Positions 60,780 to 64,000 of a stretch of 64,000 nt of DNA are shown piece by piece. The DNA comes from an uncultured Candidatus Binatia bacterium (lineage in GTDB: Bacteria; Desulfobacterota; Binatia; Bin18), in NCBI GenBank assembly GCA_965200965.1, contig OZ241744.1:1088001-1152000 (forward strand). The letters are read 5' to 3'. Under the pieces are notes generated by a model that worked only from the letters and a program-made list of their open reading frames with translations, was not told the DNA's origin and did not search any database. The first letter of the stretch is position 1, and each line of letters starts with the position of its first letter. A program made the position numbers and the translations under genes.

Positions 60780-63640
60780 TGAGAGACTCCCGGCAGGGGC
60801 CGCCCAGCCCCGCCTCGCTCCGGCAACGCCACGTCCACCGCCCAGCCCCGGCCCGCCCCAGCAACCTGCCCGGTGCGCAGCCGTGCCAGAGGATAGGAGG
60901 GCAGTTGTACCGTCGCCAGACACTTGTCAGCAAACCGCGCCGCCTGCTGTACATGCGAAATGTCATGCCGCCACCAGTCAAAACCGAAATCCAGGACCGC
61001 AAACCCCAAGGACCGCCGCGCAGCGGCCAGCACCGCCCGGTCCCGGGGAAAGACATGCAGGAAGAAGCGCCCCCGCGTGTCCGCCCGCTGACACCCCGCT
61101 TTGACATACGTCAGGGTCCGCCCGTCCAGGTAGAGGGCAAAGGCGGAGCGGGCCACCGGCGGGGCCGCCACCACCGCCCGGTACCGCGCCTCAAGCAGGT
61201 CGATGGCACGCACGCCAGCAGCCGACCACGCCAGGGCAACGTGCCAGCGATCCACGCCCCCGGGGGTGATCAGGCGGGCTTCAAGCGTTTGGATCGCATA
61301 GGGGGGCAGCGGATGCCGGATCAGACACGCCCCGTCAAGGTGGACCCCGTAATCGGAGAAGTCGAAATGCCGGATCTCACGGCCTGGCCCCGGCCGCCAC
61401 CGGGGGCGGCCGGCAGCAGCAGCAGGGTCCACGGGCACCACATAGACCACGAAGCGCCCCTGCACATCGGCCGGCAGGCAGGGGGCCTTCACCCAACTCA
61501 AGGTGGCCCCGTCCAAGTACAGGTCGAACTCTGAGCGGAGGAGGGGCGGCCCGGCGGTGGTGGCCCGGTACAGTTGCCGGTAGCGCTCGGCGGTGGCCCC
61601 GTCCACCGGGTCAAGCACGCGCTCGGTCGCAGTCACCCCAGCAGGGGTCCACTCAATGTCGACGTGCAGGCGCTCTATGTCCCCGGGGGCGACCATGCGG
61701 ACTTCAAGGGCGTGGATCGCATAGGGGGGCAACGGGTGCCGGAGCAGACACGCCCCGTCAACGCGGACCCCGTAATCGGAAAAGCCGAAATGCAGGACCT
61801 CACGGCCTGCCCCCGGCCGCCACCTGAGATGGCCGGCAGCGGCAGCGGGATCCACAGGTATGACATCGACCGCGAAGCGCCCCCGCACATCGGCCGGCCG
61901 GCAGGGGGCCTTCACCCAGGTCAGGGTGGCCCCCTCCAGGTACAGGTCAAACGCCGAGCGGAGCAGGGGCGGCCCCGCGGTGGTGGCCCGGTACAGTTGC
62001 CGGTAGCGCTCGACGGTGGCCGCATCCACCACGGTCGGGTCAATCGCGCTCACCGTGAAGATGGTGTTGTTGTAGACTTGGCGGGTGTAGACAACGGGTG
62101 CGAAGGGGCGATCACGCCTCTTGTCCCACGGGTTGGATATGTGATCGGTCACATGAAAGTCCACCTCCTCCTCTATTTCGTCAGCGAAGACAATGCGACG
62201 CCGGTCCGCCTTGGGCAGGATAGCCCGGCTCATGGAACGATTCACTAGAACGGGTGAGGCGGGATAGTGCTGGAGCAGATATTCCAGCCCCTCCCGGTAC
62301 GCCGTCTCCCAGCGTCCCTCGTCATACTGCCCACGCAGGTACTCGGGCGTGTGCCGGTCCACCAGCCGGTTGAAATAGAGGTGCTGGTAGGGATGAAGCC
62401 CGACCATTTCGATGACCACGCCAGCCAGGCCAGCCACGGCCAGGCCATAGACACCGGCCCGCAGGGCGGGCCAGCGGCACACGCCAGCCAGCCGCCGCAG
62501 ACCAGCCACGGCCAGCAGACACAGCGGGGCGTAGAGGAAATACATCTGCCGCCAGCCATTGTAGACATTGGCATTGAGGACGATGACGGCCCCAACGGGC
62601 AGGAGCACGCAGGCCACGAGCAGCCCCTCAAAGCGGGTGGTGGGGTTGCGGAGCCACTCGCCGGGGTGGGTCAGAGTCTGCCAGAGCACGCCAGCCGCCC
62701 CGATGAGGCTCAGCAGCAACACGCCCGGCGGGGTGGTGATGGCCAGCCAGGTCGGAATGTAGTGCGCCGGAATGGCCGGCCAGCGGATGACCTCGCCTTG
62801 AAAGAGCATAGGAGGACGGTAAGGGTGCTGGGAGAGAACTGCAATCGCGTCAAGCAGTTCCAGCGGATTGCCCCACAGATAGGGCGAGACCGCATACAGC
62901 GTCAAGGCACTGGCCAGCCCGAACACCCCCAGCGTCCTCCCCACCTGCCGCCGCTCCGCCCGATTTCCCGCCCGCACCCAATCCACTACCCGCATCACCA
63001 TCACCGCCACAAACAATCCCCCACCCATGATGCGTAAGTTCGTTGCGACCCCCACCCCCACCCCACACAGCGCATACGCCCCCACCCCCCCCCGCTGCCA
63101 CGCCCGGTGAATCAGGGCCAGACAGCCCAGGAAGGCCACCAGGAAGGGAATGTCCTTGGTGTTGAAAAACGAGTGGGCATACAGCCGGGGATGGAGGACG
63201 AAGAGGCCGAGGGCCAGCAGGGCCAGCCAGCGGCTGCCGAACAGCCGGGAGGCCAGCCAGGCCGCCCCCCCGCCGCCGGCCAGAAAGCACAGGTGGGTGA
63301 GGAGATGGCGGCTCAAGTAGATGGCGCGGCTGTCGGTGAGACCCAGCAGCCGCTCAACCAGCACCAGCGGCACTTCGAAGACAACGCCGTAGTAGCGGTT
63401 GTGGGAGGGACCGGGGGGGCGCAGGGTCTCGGTGTCGCCCAGCGCATAGGCGATTGCCGCCTGGGCAATTCGGCGCAGGGCTTGCTCGTCCACCCCCACC
63501 CCGTAATCGTCAAGAACGGCCAGGCCCACCACGGCCAGCACCGCCAGGGCCAGCAGGACACTGTGGCGGGCCACGAAAGCCACCGCCGCCGTGCCCCAGC
63601 CGGCCACGGACCGGGGAACGGAGGGACGCCCGCTGCTCAT
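60776..63640 (-). CDS. Array unit 1: GT-C-like glycosyltransferase, 954 aa, 3 C-terminal domains
   Basis: Same scaffold, with one extra 423-bp repeat (anchors at 61568 and 61991). Confidence 0.82.
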   Translation of the reverse strand: MSSGRPSVPRSVAGWGTAAVAFVARHSVLLALAVLAVVGLAVLDDYGVGVDEQALRRIAQAAIAYALGDTETLRPPGPSHNRYYGVVFEVPLVLVERLLGLTDSRAIYLSRHLLTHLCFLAGGGGAAWLASRLFGSRWLALLALGLFVLHPRLYAHSFFNTKDIPFLVAFLGCLALIHRAWQRGGVGAYALCGVGVGVATNLRIMGGGLFVAVMVMRVVDWVRAGNRAERRQVGRTLGVFGLASALTLYAVSPYLWGNPLELLDAIAVLSQHPYRPPMLFQGEVIRWPAIPAHYIPTWLAITTPPGVLLLSLIGAAGVLWQTLTHPGEWLRNPTTRFEGLLVACVLLPVGAVIVLNANVYNGWRQMYFLYAPLCLLAVAGLRRLAGVCRWPALRAGVYGLAVAGLAGVVIEMVGLHPYQHLYFNRLVDRHTPEYLRGQYDEGRWETAYREGLEYLLQHYPASPVLVNRSMSRAILPKADRRRIVFADEIEEEVDFHVTDHISNPWDKRRDRPFAPVVYTRQVYNNTIFTVSAIDPTVVDAATVERYRQLYRATTAGPPLLRSAFDLYLEGATLTWVKAPCRPADVRGRFAVDVIPVDPAAAAGHLRWRPGAGREVLHFGFSDYGVRVDGACLLRHPLPPYAIHALEVRMVAPGDIERLHVDIEWTPAGVTATERVLDPVDGATAERYRQLYRATTAGPPLLRSEFDLYLDGATLSWVKAPCLPADVQGRFVVYVVPVDPAAAAGRPRWRPGPGREIRHFDFSDYGVHLDGACLIRHPLPPYAIQTLEARLITPGGVDRWHVALAWSAAGVRAIDLLEARYRAVVAAPPVARSAFALYLDGRTLTYVKAGCQRADTRGRFFLHVFPRDRAVLAAARRSLGFAVLDFGFDWWRHDISHVQQAARFADKCLATVQLPSYPLARLRTGQVAGAGRGWAVDVALPERGGAGRPLPGVSQ

Positions 63641-64000
63641 TGAGAGACTCCCGGCAGGGGCCGCCCAGCCCCGCCTCGCTCCGGCAACGCCACGTCCACC
63701 GCCCAGCCCCCGCCCGCCCCAGCGACCTGCCCGGTGCGCAGCCGTGCCAGAGGATAGGCGGGCAGTTGTACCGTCGCCAGACACTTGTCAGCAAACCGCG
63801 CCGCCTGCTGTACATGCGGCATGGCGTGCCGCCACCAGTCGTCAAAACTGAAATCCAGGACCGCAAACCCCAAGGACCGCCGCGCAGCGGCCAGCACCGC
63901 CCGGTCCCGGGGGAAGACATGCAGGAAGAAGCGCCCCCGCGTGTCCGCCCGCTGACACCCCGCTTTGACATACGTCAGGGTCCGCCCCTCCAGGTACAGG
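63637..64000 (-). CDS. Array unit 0 (partial, C-terminal domain only; start outside the window)
   Basis: LYLEGRTLTYVKAGC...RFFLHVFP...LRTGQVAGAGGGWAVDVALPERGGAGRPLPGVSQ*. Confidence 0.8.
   Translation of the reverse strand, partial: LYLEGRTLTYVKAGCQRADTRGRFFLHVFPRDRAVLAAARRSLGFAVLDFSFDDWWRHAMPHVQQAARFADKCLATVQLPAYPLARLRTGQVAGAGGGWAVDVALPERGGAGRPLPGVSQ

Larger units (their letters stand above)
43749..64000 (-). repeat. Tandem array of at least 9 paralogous GT-C-like genes (continues beyond the window)
   Basis: Near-identical 1.7-3.3 kb units joined by ATGA start/stop overlaps at 46269-46272, 47963-47966, 50109-50112, 53384-53387, 55867-55870, 58308-58311, 60776-60779 and 63637-63640. Confidence 0.95.

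Noticed and set aside
53387-63784. 48-aa N-terminal extensions (MSGDG...) of the array genes given by the ORF track
   Set aside because: They overlap the previous gene's coding end in another frame. The ATG in the ATGA overlap, preceded by GGGAG, is the consistent start, as in units 7 and 8.
43787-63971. Many recurring antisense and alternate-frame ORFs in the array
   Set aside because: They are shadow ORFs from GC-rich codon bias, repeated only because the sense genes are repeated, with Pro/Arg/Gly-rich non-protein-like composition.
43749-64000. Diversity-generating retroelement as the source of array variation
   Set aside because: There is no reverse transcriptase or template repeat in the window. 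The variation includes indels and is spread over several internal sites rather than being adenine-only changes in a C-terminal VR.
43749-64000. CRISPR-like repeat/spacer array
   Set aside because: The repeats are kilobase-scale protein-coding paralogs, not short repeats with unique spacers, and no cas genes are present.

Overview
GC-rich bacterial window with three parts. (1) 1-5.6 kb is a small defence patch: an NYN/LabA nuclease-domain gene, type I RM hsdS and hsdR with no hsdM in view, and a broken Phd/VapC toxin-antitoxin cassette wedged between hsdR and hsdS inside a 17-bp direct repeat. (2) 5.6-25.8 kb holds oxidoreductase and hydrolase genes (3 luciferase-like monooxygenases, 3 SDRs, P450, acyl-CoA dehydrogenase, amidohydrolases, alpha/beta and serine hydrolases) plus a queuosine-precursor transporter. 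(3) 26 kb to beyond 64 kb is a surface-glycan synthesis and decoration locus: WcaJ-like priming transferase, GT2/GT4s, two sulfotransferase-like genes, a methyltransferase, an O-antigen ligase-like gene and four SGNH paralogs. The standout is a gap-free tandem array of more than 20 kb containing at least 9 translationally coupled (ATGA-overlap) paralogs of a GT-C-like (ArnT/PMT-type) membrane glycosyltransferase. The copies share a near-identical scaffold but differ at fixed short hypervariable segments that are shared in mosaic fashion. They carry 0-4 copies of an uncharacterised two-cysteine C-terminal domain, and two copies are frameshifted in the same poly-G tract. This looks like a recombination- and slippage-diversified glycan-modification repertoire, but assembly and homopolymer artefacts must be excluded. 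No rRNA, tRNA or CRISPR array was recognised. Product calls come from motif recognition only, and start codons were adjusted by eye.
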